Part shown: positions 23,301-32,575 of the stretch, one piece after another
Layout of the letters: every line of letters begins with the position of its first letter
Numbering within the stretch: position 1 is the first letter of the stretch
Origin: an uncultured Planctomycetales bacterium
GTDB lineage: Bacteria; Omnitrophota; Gorgyraeia; Zapsychrales; Fredricksoniimonadaceae
DNA: 64,000 bases
Assembly (NCBI GenBank): GCA_964438075.1
Contig: CAYTIW010000001.1
Span: forward strand, 18,517-82,516
Direction: 5' to 3'
Notes under the pieces: generated by a model
Databases searched by the model: none
The model's input: only the letters and a program-made list of their open reading frames with translations
Told to the model about the DNA's origin: nothing
Program-made: the position numbers and the translations under genes

Positions 23301-23404
23301 TTTTGAGAAAAATTATTGTCGTTGAATTGTTCTTTCCGAAACTCAAAATAGCCTCTATTTCAGTTCTTTTTATTTACCATCAATCGAGGGGACCTGGCTA
23401 AAAC

Positions 23405-23450
23405 ACAATAAAAGAGGAGGTATCCCGGAATAGAGGATAACCTCCTTTTT
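23405..23450 (-). terminator. intrinsic terminator after glnK (hairpin usable on both strands)
   Basis: AGGAGGT(23415-23421)/ACCTCCT(23440-23446) stem extended by TATCC/GGATA, flanked by an A/T run on both sides. It sits 30 nt after the glnK stop. Confidence 0.6.
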
Positions 23451-23477
23451 ATTTATCCAAATTAGACAAAAAGGATT

Positions 23478-23819
23478 TTACCCAATAGCAACGCCTCCCC
23501 TCTCCTCAGTGCGAATACGGATACATTCTGCCAGTGACATTACAAAGATCTTACCATCGCCGGTTTCACCGGTCTTAGCCCCCTTAATGATGGCTCTTAT
23601 CGTAGGTTCAACGAAGTTCTCGTTGACAGCTATCTCCAAACGTATCTTGCGCAATAGGTTACCGTGCTCTCGAGCGCCTCGGTATATCTCGGTTACCCCC
23701 TTCTGACGGCCGTGACCAAGCACCTCGCTGACAGTTATTAGATTAACGTCAGCTTTGTACAACTCCTCCTTGACATCTTCCAGCTTACTCGGCTGTATAA
23801 TCGCTATTATTAACTTCAT
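23478..23819 (-). CDS. glnK: PII nitrogen regulatory protein (113 aa, start re-trimmed to the ATG preceded by GGAGG)
   Basis: [20 protein letters not shown]...[15 protein letters not shown]...[11 protein letters not shown]. In the T-loop, Glu occupies the position aligned to E. coli Tyr51. The gene is directly downstream of amt. Confidence 0.9.
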   Translation of the reverse strand: MKLIIAIIQPSKLEDVKEELYKADVNLITVSEVLGHGRQKGVTEIYRGAREHGNLLRKIRLEIAVNENFVEPTIRAIIKGAKTGETGDGKIFVMSLAECIRIRTEERGGVAIG

Positions 23820-23879
23820 TTTGACCTCCATATTTGAGTACTAATATGTATTTATCGATTTTTCTTAGATAAGTTTGTG

Positions 23880-25106
23880 TTATTCCAATATTGTATAAGC
23901 TCTTTCCCGGTGCTCTGCTAGGTCCAACCCGATGTCTTCATCGTTGGGACTTACGCGCATCCCCATTAATATGTCCACAATCTTATAAATAACTACTGTA
24001 ACGATACCCGAGTAAACGACCGTTATCAGCACTGCCTTTAATTGGACAAAAAAGAGTGCCGGATTACCATAAAAAAGGCCATCATTACCCGCACTGTTAA
24101 CCATTTTAGTAGCGAAAAGCCCTGTAGCCAAGGCACCCCATATGCCGCCCACACAATGGACGCCAAAAGCATCCAAAGCATCGTCATATCCTAATGCAGG
24201 CTTAATGATAACAGCGGCCAGATAACAAAACACGCTGACCATAAGCCCTATTATCAAAGCACCCGTTACATTCACAAAACCTGCTGCGGGCGTTATGGCC
24301 ACCAAACCTGCAACAGCCCCAGAAGCTATGCCGAACAAGGTGGGCTTGCCATTGCGTATCCATTCGATCATGGCCCAGCTTAATCCAGCCATAGCTGCAG
24401 CAGTGTTGGTTACGACAAAGGCGTTAGCCGCCAAGCCATTAGCTCCCAAAGAGGAGCCGGCATTAAAACCGAACCAGCCAAACCACAGAAGCGCGGTGCC
24501 CAAGGCGACGAACGGCAGATTGTGCGGCGAGGGAATGTTTTTCTGTGTGTTCTTGCGCCGCCCTATCATGATAGCGGTAACTAGAGCCGCAATACCGGCA
24601 TTAATATGCACAACGGTCCCGCCGGCAAAATCCAACGCCCCCATGTCACGTATAAATCCTCCGATGGCCCAGACCCAGTGGCAAACAGGGGCATAAACAA
24701 AAGTCAGCCATAAGACCATGAAGACCGCAAATGAGGAGAACTTCATCCTTTCAGCAAAAGCTCCCAAAATCAAAGCCGGGGTAATTACTGCGAACATGGC
24801 TTGGAAGATCATGAATGCTTGATGAGGTATGGTCGCAGAATAATCACTATACGGTTCTCCTCCGACACCGTTTAACATCCACCATTGTAGGCCTCCCCAA
24901 AAACCCTTCCCAGGTCCAAAAGCCAGACTATAACCATAAACTACCCAAAGGACACTGACCAAGCAAAGAACAAAAAAACATTGCATAAGAATGCTGAGCA
25001 CATTCTTTCTTCTGACCATGCCGCCATAAAAGAACGCCAGACCTGGTGTCATAAGCATAACCAAGGCTGTGGAAACCAAAACCCATGCTGTATCACCTGT
25101 ATTCAT
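23880..25106 (-). CDS. amt: ammonium transporter
   Basis: 408 aa with the Amt/MEP signature (AFFYGGMVRRKN, DFAGGTVVHINAG, LDAFGVHCVGGIWG). Confidence 0.93.
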   Translation of the reverse strand: MNTGDTAWVLVSTALVMLMTPGLAFFYGGMVRRKNVLSILMQCFFVLCLVSVLWVVYGYSLAFGPGKGFWGGLQWWMLNGVGGEPYSDYSATIPHQAFMIFQAMFAVITPALILGAFAERMKFSSFAVFMVLWLTFVYAPVCHWVWAIGGFIRDMGALDFAGGTVVHINAGIAALVTAIMIGRRKNTQKNIPSPHNLPFVALGTALLWFGWFGFNAGSSLGANGLAANAFVVTNTAAAMAGLSWAMIEWIRNGKPTLFGIASGAVAGLVAITPAAGFVNVTGALIIGLMVSVFCYLAAVIIKPALGYDDALDAFGVHCVGGIWGALATGLFATKMVNSAGNDGLFYGNPALFFVQLKAVLITVVYSGIVTVVIYKIVDILMGMRVSPNDEDIGLDLAEHRERAYTILE

Positions 25107-25200
25107 ATATATTCTCCTTCTTGATCCGATCTTTATATTTCTTAGCGATCATCCTAAAAACAGCCTTTTATATCCGTCATTGGACCAATAAAGGCAAAAA

Positions 25201-25242
25201 AAGACGTCTTCAGATCGTGATCAACTGATCCAAAGACGTCTT
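25201..25242. promoter_or_regulatory. pair of identical 10-bp palindromes AAGACGTCTT spaced 32 bp apart, upstream of amt
   Basis: The copies lie at 25201-25210 and 25233-25242, and each is self-complementary. Three GATC sites lie between them. They are 95-135 bp upstream of the amt ATG. Confidence 0.4.
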
Positions 25243-25281
25243 CGTCCTTGATAAAACTAAAGCTTCTTTACTTTATATTTT

Positions 25282-25349
25282 CGGGCACCATCGCCCGTTC
25301 TTTTCACGGCCTTTTCGGCCGTGTTAGGGCTTTAGAGATACCCAAGCCC
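25282..25349. other. three consecutive GC-rich hairpins in the amt/NSS divergent intergenic region
   Basis: CGGGC-6-GCCCG (25282-25297), CACGGCC-5-GGCCGTG (25305-25323) and GGGCTT-11-AAGCCC (25327-25349). Strand and function are unresolved. Confidence 0.35.
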
Positions 25350-25473
25350 ACTAGATGATTTAAATATAACCCCTGCATCGAATAATATCAAGCTTCTTTT
25401 TTATTTATTCTCCGTCGATGATAATGAAAAGTTCTTTCCACAGAAATAATTCGTCTCAAAAACCTTTTAAAAG

Positions 25474-25502
25474 TTGCCGATAAACCGGCGTTCCAATATA
25501 AT
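25474..25502 (+). promoter_or_regulatory. candidate sigma70-type promoter of the NSS transporter gene
   Basis: TTGCCG (25474-25479), a 17-nt spacer, then TATAAT (25497-25502), 33 nt before the ATG. Confidence 0.45.
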
Positions 25503-25534
25503 AAGTTGCTTTCCGATAAAATCAATGGGCCTAT

Positions 25535-27091
25535 ATGAAGCCAATTAGAGACTCTTGGGGTTCCCGACTGGGAATAATAATGGCGGTAGCAGGTTCCGCC
25601 ATCGGTCTGGGTAATTTTCTCCGTTTCCCCGCCAAAGCAGCCGCCAACGGCGGCGGAGCTTTTATAATTCCCTATTTGGTAGCCTTCTTCCTCCTGGGAT
25701 TACCTCTCATGTGGATAGAATGGGCCATGGGGCGTTTTGGGGGCGGGTTCGGTCATGGTACCGCTCCGGGTATATTCCACAGCATTTGGCAAAAAAACCG
25801 TTTCATACGATATTTCGGGGTCATCGGGATATTCGGCCCCTTAGTGATTTTCATCTATTACACATTCATAGAATCTTGGACCTTAGGTTACAGCTTCTTT
25901 TCACTTATAGGAAAAATCGCCCCTATCAATGACCAGGCCACCATGCAAAGCTTTCTTAGCGGGTATCAAGGTGTCCAGAAAAATCAATTCTTCAATACTC
26001 TAGGATGGGCTTATCTATTCTTTATTATTACTTTTTCATTAAACATTACCGTTATCTACCACGGCATCAAAGGCGGCATAGAGAAATTATGCAATTGGGC
26101 TTTGCCGATATTGTTCGCATGTGCGATTTTACTCATGATAAGAGTCCTGACGCTGGGGACTCCAGACCCCTCGCATCCCGATTGGAATATCAACAACGGC
26201 CTAGGGTTCCTCTGGAATCCTGATTTCTCCGCTCTAAAATCAGCAAAAGTTTGGCTGGAAGCATCTGGTCAGATCCTTTTTACCTTAAGCGTGGGCATAG
26301 GAATGATCCTTACCTATGCTAGTTATCTCAAAAAAGGCGATGACGTGGTGCTATCAGGATTGACGGCCGCCAGCACCAACGAACTAGCCGAGGTCATCCT
26401 GGGAGGCAGTATAGTGATCCCGGCGGCTTTCATTTTTTTTGGGCCTGTCGATATACAGTCGATCGCACAATCGGGCACTTTTAACCTGGGTTTTGTCACC
26501 ATGCCCCTGGTACTGAACAAGCTCCCCTTGGCTGAATTCTTCGCTTTCGCCTGGTTCCTGCTGCTGTTCCTGGCCGGGGTCACTTCTTCAGTTTCCTTGG
26601 CACAGCCAGCCATCGCTTTCTTGGAGGACGAGTTCGATATTACCCGCAAGAAAGCTGTTGGTGTATTCGCGATCGGTTCTTTCATATTATGCCAGCCCGC
26701 GATATTTTTCCTGAAGAACGGCGTCGTCGATGAACTGGATTTCTGGGGCGGGACTTTTCTTATTGTGATTTTCGCCTTGATCGAGGTGGTCCTTTTTGCC
26801 TGGGTTTTTGGGATGAACAACGCCTGGGAAGAGATCCACCACGGGGCAGACCTTAAAATACCTAAAATTTATAAATTTATAATTAAATACATAACCCCGA
26901 CCTTCCTTATCCTGGTACTCGGCACATGGCTGCATCAAGAATGGTGGGGCTTCCTAACAATGGAAAAAATATCGCCGGAGAATAAACCTTATGTGCTGGC
27001 AACAAGGTTCATGTTGATCGCACTTTTTGTGGCATTGTCCCTACTAGTAAAAATAGCCTGGCAACGAAAACGACAAGGAAGCATCCGATGA
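25535..27091 (+). CDS. neurotransmitter:sodium symporter (NSS/SNF) family transporter
   Basis: 518 aa. WGSRLGIIMAVAGSAIGLGNFLRFP...GGGAFIIPYL...LPLMWIEWAMGR is the NSS TM1/TM2 signature. Confidence 0.9.
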   Translation: MKPIRDSWGSRLGIIMAVAGSAIGLGNFLRFPAKAAANGGGAFIIPYLVAFFLLGLPLMWIEWAMGRFGGGFGHGTAPGIFHSIWQKNRFIRYFGVIGIFGPLVIFIYYTFIESWTLGYSFFSLIGKIAPINDQATMQSFLSGYQGVQKNQFFNTLGWAYLFFIITFSLNITVIYHGIKGGIEKLCNWALPILFACAILLMIRVLTLGTPDPSHPDWNINNGLGFLWNPDFSALKSAKVWLEASGQILFTLSVGIGMILTYASYLKKGDDVVLSGLTAASTNELAEVILGGSIVIPAAFIFFGPVDIQSIAQSGTFNLGFVTMPLVLNKLPLAEFFAFAWFLLLFLAGVTSSVSLAQPAIAFLEDEFDITRKKAVGVFAIGSFILCQPAIFFLKNGVVDELDFWGGTFLIVIFALIEVVLFAWVFGMNNAWEEIHHGADLKIPKIYKFIIKYITPTFLILVLGTWLHQEWWGFLTMEKISPENKPYVLATRFMLIALFVALSLLVKIAWQRKRQGSIR

Positions 27092-27180
27092 CGCCTGCTG
27101 GCTGGTGCATGCTAACATTGAGTTGGGGATTTATCATAATACTGTCTATATTCTGCTTCTGGAAAATCCTGGCCAAATGA
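27088..27180 (+). CDS. 30-aa single-TM protein, MetS-like small partner of NSS transporters (not in ORF track)
   Basis: The ATG overlaps the transporter TGA (ATGA). The product MTPAGWCMLTLSWGFIIILSIFCFWKILAK is one hydrophobic helix. Confidence 0.5.
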   Translation: MTPAGWCMLTLSWGFIIILSIFCFWKILAK

Positions 27181-27351
27181 ATATGTTAACTGCCCTGAAG
27201 CAAAAGGGTATCCTTTCATAAGGCAAAGGGGAAAATGTTGGAACTTAATCGTCCCTATCCCCCGAGGAAAATTCGTTTTATATCCCAATATCTGGCAGGC
27301 CGGTAAGAAAGGTAAAACACTCAGCGCGTTAGACGTCAATGCCGCGACAGG

Positions 27352-27720
27352 TTACTCGACGGGTGCCGGCTGATAAATATTAGCTGCTCCTGCCATCTCA
27401 TCATCGGCTATCTTGGAATATTTATCCGGATCGGTCAAAAAACCATCCCTGTCTTCGACCGAACAGACATTATATCTTTTATTCTGATAAACAACCGTAA
27501 CTTGGCCCAATTTTTCCGCCGGGATCTGCATACCACAATAAGGACACACTTTATTCCTGACCAAGAAGGCATCCGCCTCAGTATCTTCGACAATAGCCCC
27601 ATCCGAAGCAGAAGACTCTATTGCAGATGGGCCCCCTTCCGCTTTCGGCTCCTCGGCTACCAGGACATTCGCGAACGACATCGTTATTAAGGCAAATATT
27701 AATAAAACTTTTCCTAACAT
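27352..27720 (-). CDS. secreted YHS/TRASH-type metal-binding domain protein
   Basis: Signal peptide MLGKVLLIFALITMSFANVLVA, then VCPYCGMQIPAEK...YQNKRYNVCSVEDRDGFLTDPDKY, which matches the YHS pattern (CPxCGM...Y..C S...F...P.KY). Confidence 0.65.
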   Translation of the reverse strand: MLGKVLLIFALITMSFANVLVAEEPKAEGGPSAIESSASDGAIVEDTEADAFLVRNKVCPYCGMQIPAEKLGQVTVVYQNKRYNVCSVEDRDGFLTDPDKYSKIADDEMAGAANIYQPAPVE

Positions 27721-27940
27721 ACTAACCTCCTCATATTTTTCTAGCTAAACTTGTCGTAGCTTTATAAATCTGACCGGGACCTAATAAAAATATTACAGTA
27801 TAAATCAGCCCCGACAACAATATTTTATAGTTTCCAACTAAAGCGATCGATCAGCTAAAGGCCGAGTGGAAATCAAAGCGGCCATAAATCCTTTTATTAA
27901 GTTTTGAAATAATAAAAGTTCGGCACAATCCCGCCGCAGC

Positions 27941-27972
27941 AAATAAAAAAAGCATGCGCTTAGGCACATGCT
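27941..27972 (-). terminator. intrinsic terminator after the REC-EAL gene
   Basis: The minus strand reads AGCATGTGC-CTAA-GCGCATGCT (one G-U pair) followed by TTTTTTTATTT. It sits 29 nt after the stop. Confidence 0.65.
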
Positions 27973-28000
27973 ATACAAACAAATCTAATGAGCCAAAACA

Positions 28001-29185
28001 TCATGAAAAAGCCACGCAAATATCTTTCATCTCCCTGATATTAAGGCTTGGCGTCGGACGGAAAAGGTAATAGCCCTGCACAGCATCTATACCCAGTTCC
28101 ATCACCGCCTCCAGCTCTTCCTTGACCTCCACCCCCTCTGCAATAGAAATGATCTGATTCTCTTTGCAAAAGGCAACTATGAATTTGACAATGCTGCGCT
28201 TGACGTTGTCAGTGTGTAGCCCGTGTATGATGTGCCTGTCGATCTTCACTATCTCCGGTTTGGTAGCCACTATGGACTCCAGACTGGCATATCCACCTCC
28301 AACGTCATCTATAGCAAAACTGAATCCGTAATCCCTAAACTGATTCAGGCGGGCATAAAAAAGATCATATTCACTGATGGCCGAGCGCTCGGTTATTTCT
28401 AATATGACCTTGTTAAACGGGATGTGATTGGCTTCAAAGACTGACTTTATTGTTGTAAACTTGTCGTTTTCAACTAGATAGGGACTGCAATTAAAAAACA
28501 GATGTTCGTTCCTAGTCCGGCTTGCCACTATTTCAAGAGCTTTTTTCCAGCACAGCATTTCCAAAGGATAATACATGTCATATTTGGTAGCTGATTTGAA
28601 AAGCTCCTCAGCATTGGAAAGAAAAGTTCCGCCCTTAGGCCGGCTAAGTATCTCTAACCCAAAAAGGCGGAATGGTTTAAGGAAATATATCGCTTGAAAA
28701 TGAGGTTCGATCAACTCCTGCTCGATTATTTTAGAGAGCTCTTGCACGACCCTTCTTTGTCGATCCTCCCGCAACTTCTTAAATTGGCCATTGCCTCTGC
28801 GCCATACTGCCTCCATGCGTGCCAGCAGTTCCTCACGTTCAAAATCCTTATGTATGCAGTCATCAGCACCGGCATGATAACCTTTGATACGGTATTCGCT
28901 TTGAGAATTATGGCTAAGGAAAATTACCGGTATATGCTCGGTATGGGGATTGGATTTGAGATGCTTGCAAACATCCAAACCATCTGCATCCGGTAGTTGT
29001 TCACCTAGAAGGATCAAGTCTATATCTAATGATTCGGCCTTTTGAAAAGTACCTTGGGCCGATGAGGCGGTTAATGCGTCAAAACCATAACCCTCTAAAA
29101 GAGACAGGATATTGCTGACAAAAGAAGCCTCATTGTCTACAACAAGAACCTGTTTACGTGTTACAGAGCTGAACATTGAAAACAT
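28001..29185 (-). CDS. atypical receiver domain fused to an EAL c-di-GMP phosphodiesterase domain
   Basis: Receiver-like N terminus (VLVVDNEASF...DLILLGEQLPDADG...VIFLSHN...IHKDF) with Gly at the phospho-acceptor position. EAL motifs are present: LEILSRP, EITE, FAIDDVGGGY, KIDR, IAEGVE and QGYY. Confidence 0.8.
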   Translation of the reverse strand: MFSMFSSVTRKQVLVVDNEASFVSNILSLLEGYGFDALTASSAQGTFQKAESLDIDLILLGEQLPDADGLDVCKHLKSNPHTEHIPVIFLSHNSQSEYRIKGYHAGADDCIHKDFEREELLARMEAVWRRGNGQFKKLREDRQRRVVQELSKIIEQELIEPHFQAIYFLKPFRLFGLEILSRPKGGTFLSNAEELFKSATKYDMYYPLEMLCWKKALEIVASRTRNEHLFFNCSPYLVENDKFTTIKSVFEANHIPFNKVILEITERSAISEYDLFYARLNQFRDYGFSFAIDDVGGGYASLESIVATKPEIVKIDRHIIHGLHTDNVKRSIVKFIVAFCKENQIISIAEGVEVKEELEAVMELGIDAVQGYYLFRPTPSLNIREMKDICVAFS

Positions 29186-29425
29186 CTCCGGCTGTCGAAT
29201 AAATGTTCCCGTTTAAAAGAAGTATAATATGATATTAAGTGAACGAATGCCAGATAGGTAAATAAAGGTAATATTTTCTTAATAAATGATAGGGATGTAT
29301 ATGGCTGGAAGTAGGTTATTTATGACAGTTCATCCAAAACACAAGAAAACGTTATCTTTTTCTCACATTTTCTCAACATGACCAATCGGGACATATTAGC
29401 TAATTGTAAGATAATGCTTAATTAC

Positions 29426-29971
29426 TTAGCTCACAATATGATGCAGAAGAAATTCAATAAAAAAAAACTCAATTTCTTTTTCCTTTAAGATAGGCGACTT
29501 ATTAGATTCTATGAAAAAATCTGGAATTTCTGGAAAAAATGAATCACAACTAAATTCTTTATCTATCTTTGTCTGATATATTTTATAGCACCTACTGTCC
29601 TTTATTGCCTCGGCATAAACGGTCGCACCTCCTATAACGAAAACCTCCCCAAAATTATGCGCATTGGTATTGCAAAAATACTCAATAGACTCATGCAAGC
29701 AATCAAAACGCATAACGCCTGTCGGCAGCGAATAACCTGCGTTGGCAGTCAAGACCGCATTGATACGTCCCGCCAAAGGGCGCGCATTTGCAGGCAATGA
29801 CTCCCAAGTCTTCCTGCCCATAATCACCACATTTTTACAGCCTGAAACGTAAATGGCAGTAGTAATATCTTTAAAATGTTTCAGGTCAGCGGAAATATGC
29901 CAAGGTATACGGTTGTCCCTGCCTATTCCCAGCTTCTTATCGGTAGCAACAATAATTGAAAAGCCTTTCAT
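29426..29971 (-). CDS. folA: dihydrofolate reductase
   Basis: IVATDKKLGIGRDNRIPWHISADLKHFKDIT...VIMGRKTWESLP...RPLAGRINAVLT. Directly downstream of thyA. Confidence 0.88.
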   Translation of the reverse strand: MKGFSIIVATDKKLGIGRDNRIPWHISADLKHFKDITTAIYVSGCKNVVIMGRKTWESLPANARPLAGRINAVLTANAGYSLPTGVMRFDCLHESIEYFCNTNAHNFGEVFVIGGATVYAEAIKDSRCYKIYQTKIDKEFSCDSFFPEIPDFFIESNKSPILKEKEIEFFFIEFLLHHIVS

Positions 29972-29976
29972 AATCC

Positions 29977-30792
29977 TCAGACCGCTATTGGGAATTTTAT
30001 GAACGCATCATGCTCATAGCCAACAAGACTTATGTCCTGGAACTTATAATCCAGGACTTTCTTATCCGCTAAATGCAATCCAGGCAAATTCTTAGGATGT
30101 CGAGCCAATTGTATCTTTAACCCTTCAATATGATTTAAATATATATGAGCGTCCCCCAGCGTATGTATGAAATAACGCGGTTTAAGCCGGCATTCCTGGG
30201 CGAACATGCACAAAAGAAGCGCGTAGCTTGAAATGTTGAACGGGACTCCCAGCGCGATATCGGCCGAACGCTGATAGAGCTGGCAATCAAGATGCCCATC
30301 AACAACATAGAACTGAAAGAAGGCATGACAAGCCGGCAAGGCCATCTTATCAATGTCAGCTACATTCCAAGCGCTGACGATTATGCGTCGAGAATCCGGC
30401 TTGTTCTTTATCATCTCGATCGCCTGGGATATCTGGTCCACGTACTCCTTCCGATAAGAGAGATTGTCTTCATCCCAAACAAAGCGTTCCCATTTGCGCC
30501 ATTGATATCCGTATACGGGGCCGAGTTCTCCGTGCTCATCGGCCCAGGCATTCCAGATGGGCGTATGCGCCTTCAGATCATCGTTAATATTGGTCGACCC
30601 GCGCAAAAACCAAAGCAGCTCCCAGACCACGGCATCAAAAAGTACTTTTTTCGTCGTAATGATCGGGAAACCATCCCGCAGGTCAAACCTCATTTGATAG
30701 CCAAAGACCGACAAGGTCCCGGTACCGGTACGGTCGCCTTTTTTCTCACCGTGTGCCAGAACATGAGCTACCAGATCCAGATACTGCCTCAT
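29977..30792 (-). CDS. thyA: thymidylate synthase (ThyA type)
   Basis: [31 protein letters not shown]...[12 protein letters not shown]...DAHIYLNH. Confidence 0.95.
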   Translation of the reverse strand: MRQYLDLVAHVLAHGEKKGDRTGTGTLSVFGYQMRFDLRDGFPIITTKKVLFDAVVWELLWFLRGSTNINDDLKAHTPIWNAWADEHGELGPVYGYQWRKWERFVWDEDNLSYRKEYVDQISQAIEMIKNKPDSRRIIVSAWNVADIDKMALPACHAFFQFYVVDGHLDCQLYQRSADIALGVPFNISSYALLLCMFAQECRLKPRYFIHTLGDAHIYLNHIEGLKIQLARHPKNLPGLHLADKKVLDYKFQDISLVGYEHDAFIKFPIAV

Positions 30793-30807
30793 AACAACCC
30801 CGCCGAT

Positions 30808-31836
30808 TTATTCTGTCTGGGCAACACGACGATCGTCGTACCCAGAGGTGGAAAACCACTCATAATTTCTTCCTTCGCGCCTGAAAAGCATTAAAGCGGC
30901 ATAGCCGTCACCCATCTGTTCGACCAGATTAACCCCTTGGACTGGCCCCAATATGCACATGGCTAAAGACAAAGCTCGAGCTGCTGTCGCCGTTGGGGCA
31001 ATTACCGTAGCGCCAGCCACTCCGTTCTGCGGATAGCCGGTCATGGGGTTCAAATGACGCGACCAGGTTTTGCCCTGGATCACAAATGCCTGGTCATTAT
31101 CCCCGGTTGAACTTAAAGCCGCGTCTCCCAGTTCAATAGCATCCATAACCTTATCCTGCCGGTCAGGATCTTTTATCACCAGGCGCCAGGCTTGTCCATG
31201 GCAGTCAGTCCCAGCAGCATAAATAGTACTGCCGGCCCGTATAAGAAAATTAAAGAATCTGGCCTGTCTAAGAATCGTTACGGCCTCGTCAACAGCAAAA
31301 CCATGTGAAACGCTGCCAAGATCAATGCGACTGTAAGGATCGGCCAGCCGTACGCTACCGTCACTTTTCAGTTCGATCTTGTCGATACCTATATGCTCTT
31401 TGGCCTCAGCTATATCGCCCAAAGATGGATATTTGTTTTCGTTAGCGGCACGCTGCCAAAGATCAGATAAAGATTTGATGGTAATATCGAACATACCGTC
31501 AGACTTTAATATTACATCGCGTAAAGATTTTATTAATTGGTATATTTCGGCATTAACCATGACCGCCGCACCACCAGAGGCATTTATGGCAGCCACATCG
31601 CTCTGGGGATTGCCAGCATCAGTGCGGACCTCTATCTCCTTCAACCTCTGCCAAACCATGTCCAAGAGCGATCTAACCTCATCCTGACGACCATCAACAG
31701 AACAAACGTCTATGGCCATTATCGTGCCAAAAAGAAATTGTGACTGGGACGTCTTAATATAATCCTGCGCTCTGGCTGTGCTGTTAAAGCAAAAATTCAA
31801 TAACCAAAAAGAAAGTAAAAAGACTTTGCTCTGCAT
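30808..31836 (-). CDS. apbE: FAD:protein FMN transferase (ApbE family), secreted
   Basis: Signal peptide, then LFGTIMAIDV, RIDLGSVSHGFAVDEA, SSTGDNDQ and HLNPMTGYP, matching ApbE landmarks. Confidence 0.8.
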   Translation of the reverse strand: MQSKVFLLSFWLLNFCFNSTARAQDYIKTSQSQFLFGTIMAIDVCSVDGRQDEVRSLLDMVWQRLKEIEVRTDAGNPQSDVAAINASGGAAVMVNAEIYQLIKSLRDVILKSDGMFDITIKSLSDLWQRAANENKYPSLGDIAEAKEHIGIDKIELKSDGSVRLADPYSRIDLGSVSHGFAVDEAVTILRQARFFNFLIRAGSTIYAAGTDCHGQAWRLVIKDPDRQDKVMDAIELGDAALSSTGDNDQAFVIQGKTWSRHLNPMTGYPQNGVAGATVIAPTATAARALSLAMCILGPVQGVNLVEQMGDGYAALMLFRREGRNYEWFSTSGYDDRRVAQTE

Positions 31837-31837
31837 T

Positions 31838-32575
31838 TTAATCCTTGTACATGATCAGATCAAAACGCCAAGGCACGGTCCGTTCGACCCCTGGTCTGTA
31901 GAACGGATTGAAAGAAGGACGAAAATCATGACGTATATGATGCTCGATCAGAAAATCCCGTATCTTTTCCTTATCAAAGATCCTTAAAGGAGCCCTGGTC
32001 CCTTCATCATTCCTAGCCCCCATGTGCATTTGCGTCCGGCAATAATCAAAATACTCGTTCTTCGCATGATCATAGTCCGCCGCCCCCTTGGCATCAGGCA
32101 ACTGCCCTATCAGGGCCATGCCCCCGTGCTTAGTTATGCGGAAAATATCCAGCAACGCAGTCTCCACAAAGGCATCATCCATAAAATTCAAAAAGACGAA
32201 ATAACTCAAGACCCGGTCGAACGATTCCGCACGGAAAGGCAAACGCCCTATAGCTCCCTGCAGCCAAGAGCCGTGCCCAGAATGCCGGGCGATATCAAGC
32301 ATATCCCGGCAGAAATCAAGCCCCACCACCGCTCTGACCTTTGGCCGCAAACGCTCGGCTATCCAGCCTCCTCCACAGCCCAGATCGGCCAGCAAATGCG
32401 TTGACTTGAGGCATAAACCATCGGAAATAGTACGAACCATAACTTCTATCTTTTCCTCCGGCCACTCGATGCCTTCACAGACCTCCCATTTGCTCAACAT
32501 CCACTGCCTGCGGTCGTATTTCCCGCCCGCTACCTGGAGCCAGCCATCAAAAAATTCTTTAAGTTGCATATACAT
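31838..32575 (-). CDS. class I SAM-dependent methyltransferase (start re-trimmed to the ATG overlapping the upstream stop)
   Basis: LLADLGCGGGWIAERL motif I. TAATG overlap at 32575 with the FemAB-like gene. The stop is 2 nt from the apbE start. Confidence 0.7.
   Translation of the reverse strand: MYMQLKEFFDGWLQVAGGKYDRRQWMLSKWEVCEGIEWPEEKIEVMVRTISDGLCLKSTHLLADLGCGGGWIAERLRPKVRAVVGLDFCRDMLDIARHSGHGSWLQGAIGRLPFRAESFDRVLSYFVFLNFMDDAFVETALLDIFRITKHGGMALIGQLPDAKGAADYDHAKNEYFDYCRTQMHMGARNDEGTRAPLRIFDKEKIRDFLIEHHIRHDFRPSFNPFYRPGVERTVPWRFDLIMYKD

Noticed and set aside
27112-27339. 75-aa minus-strand ORF in the convergent gap after the NSS gene.
   Set aside because: It overlaps the better-supported 30-codon plus-strand ORF. 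It has no RBS or motif, and its composition is atypical. It is likely spurious.
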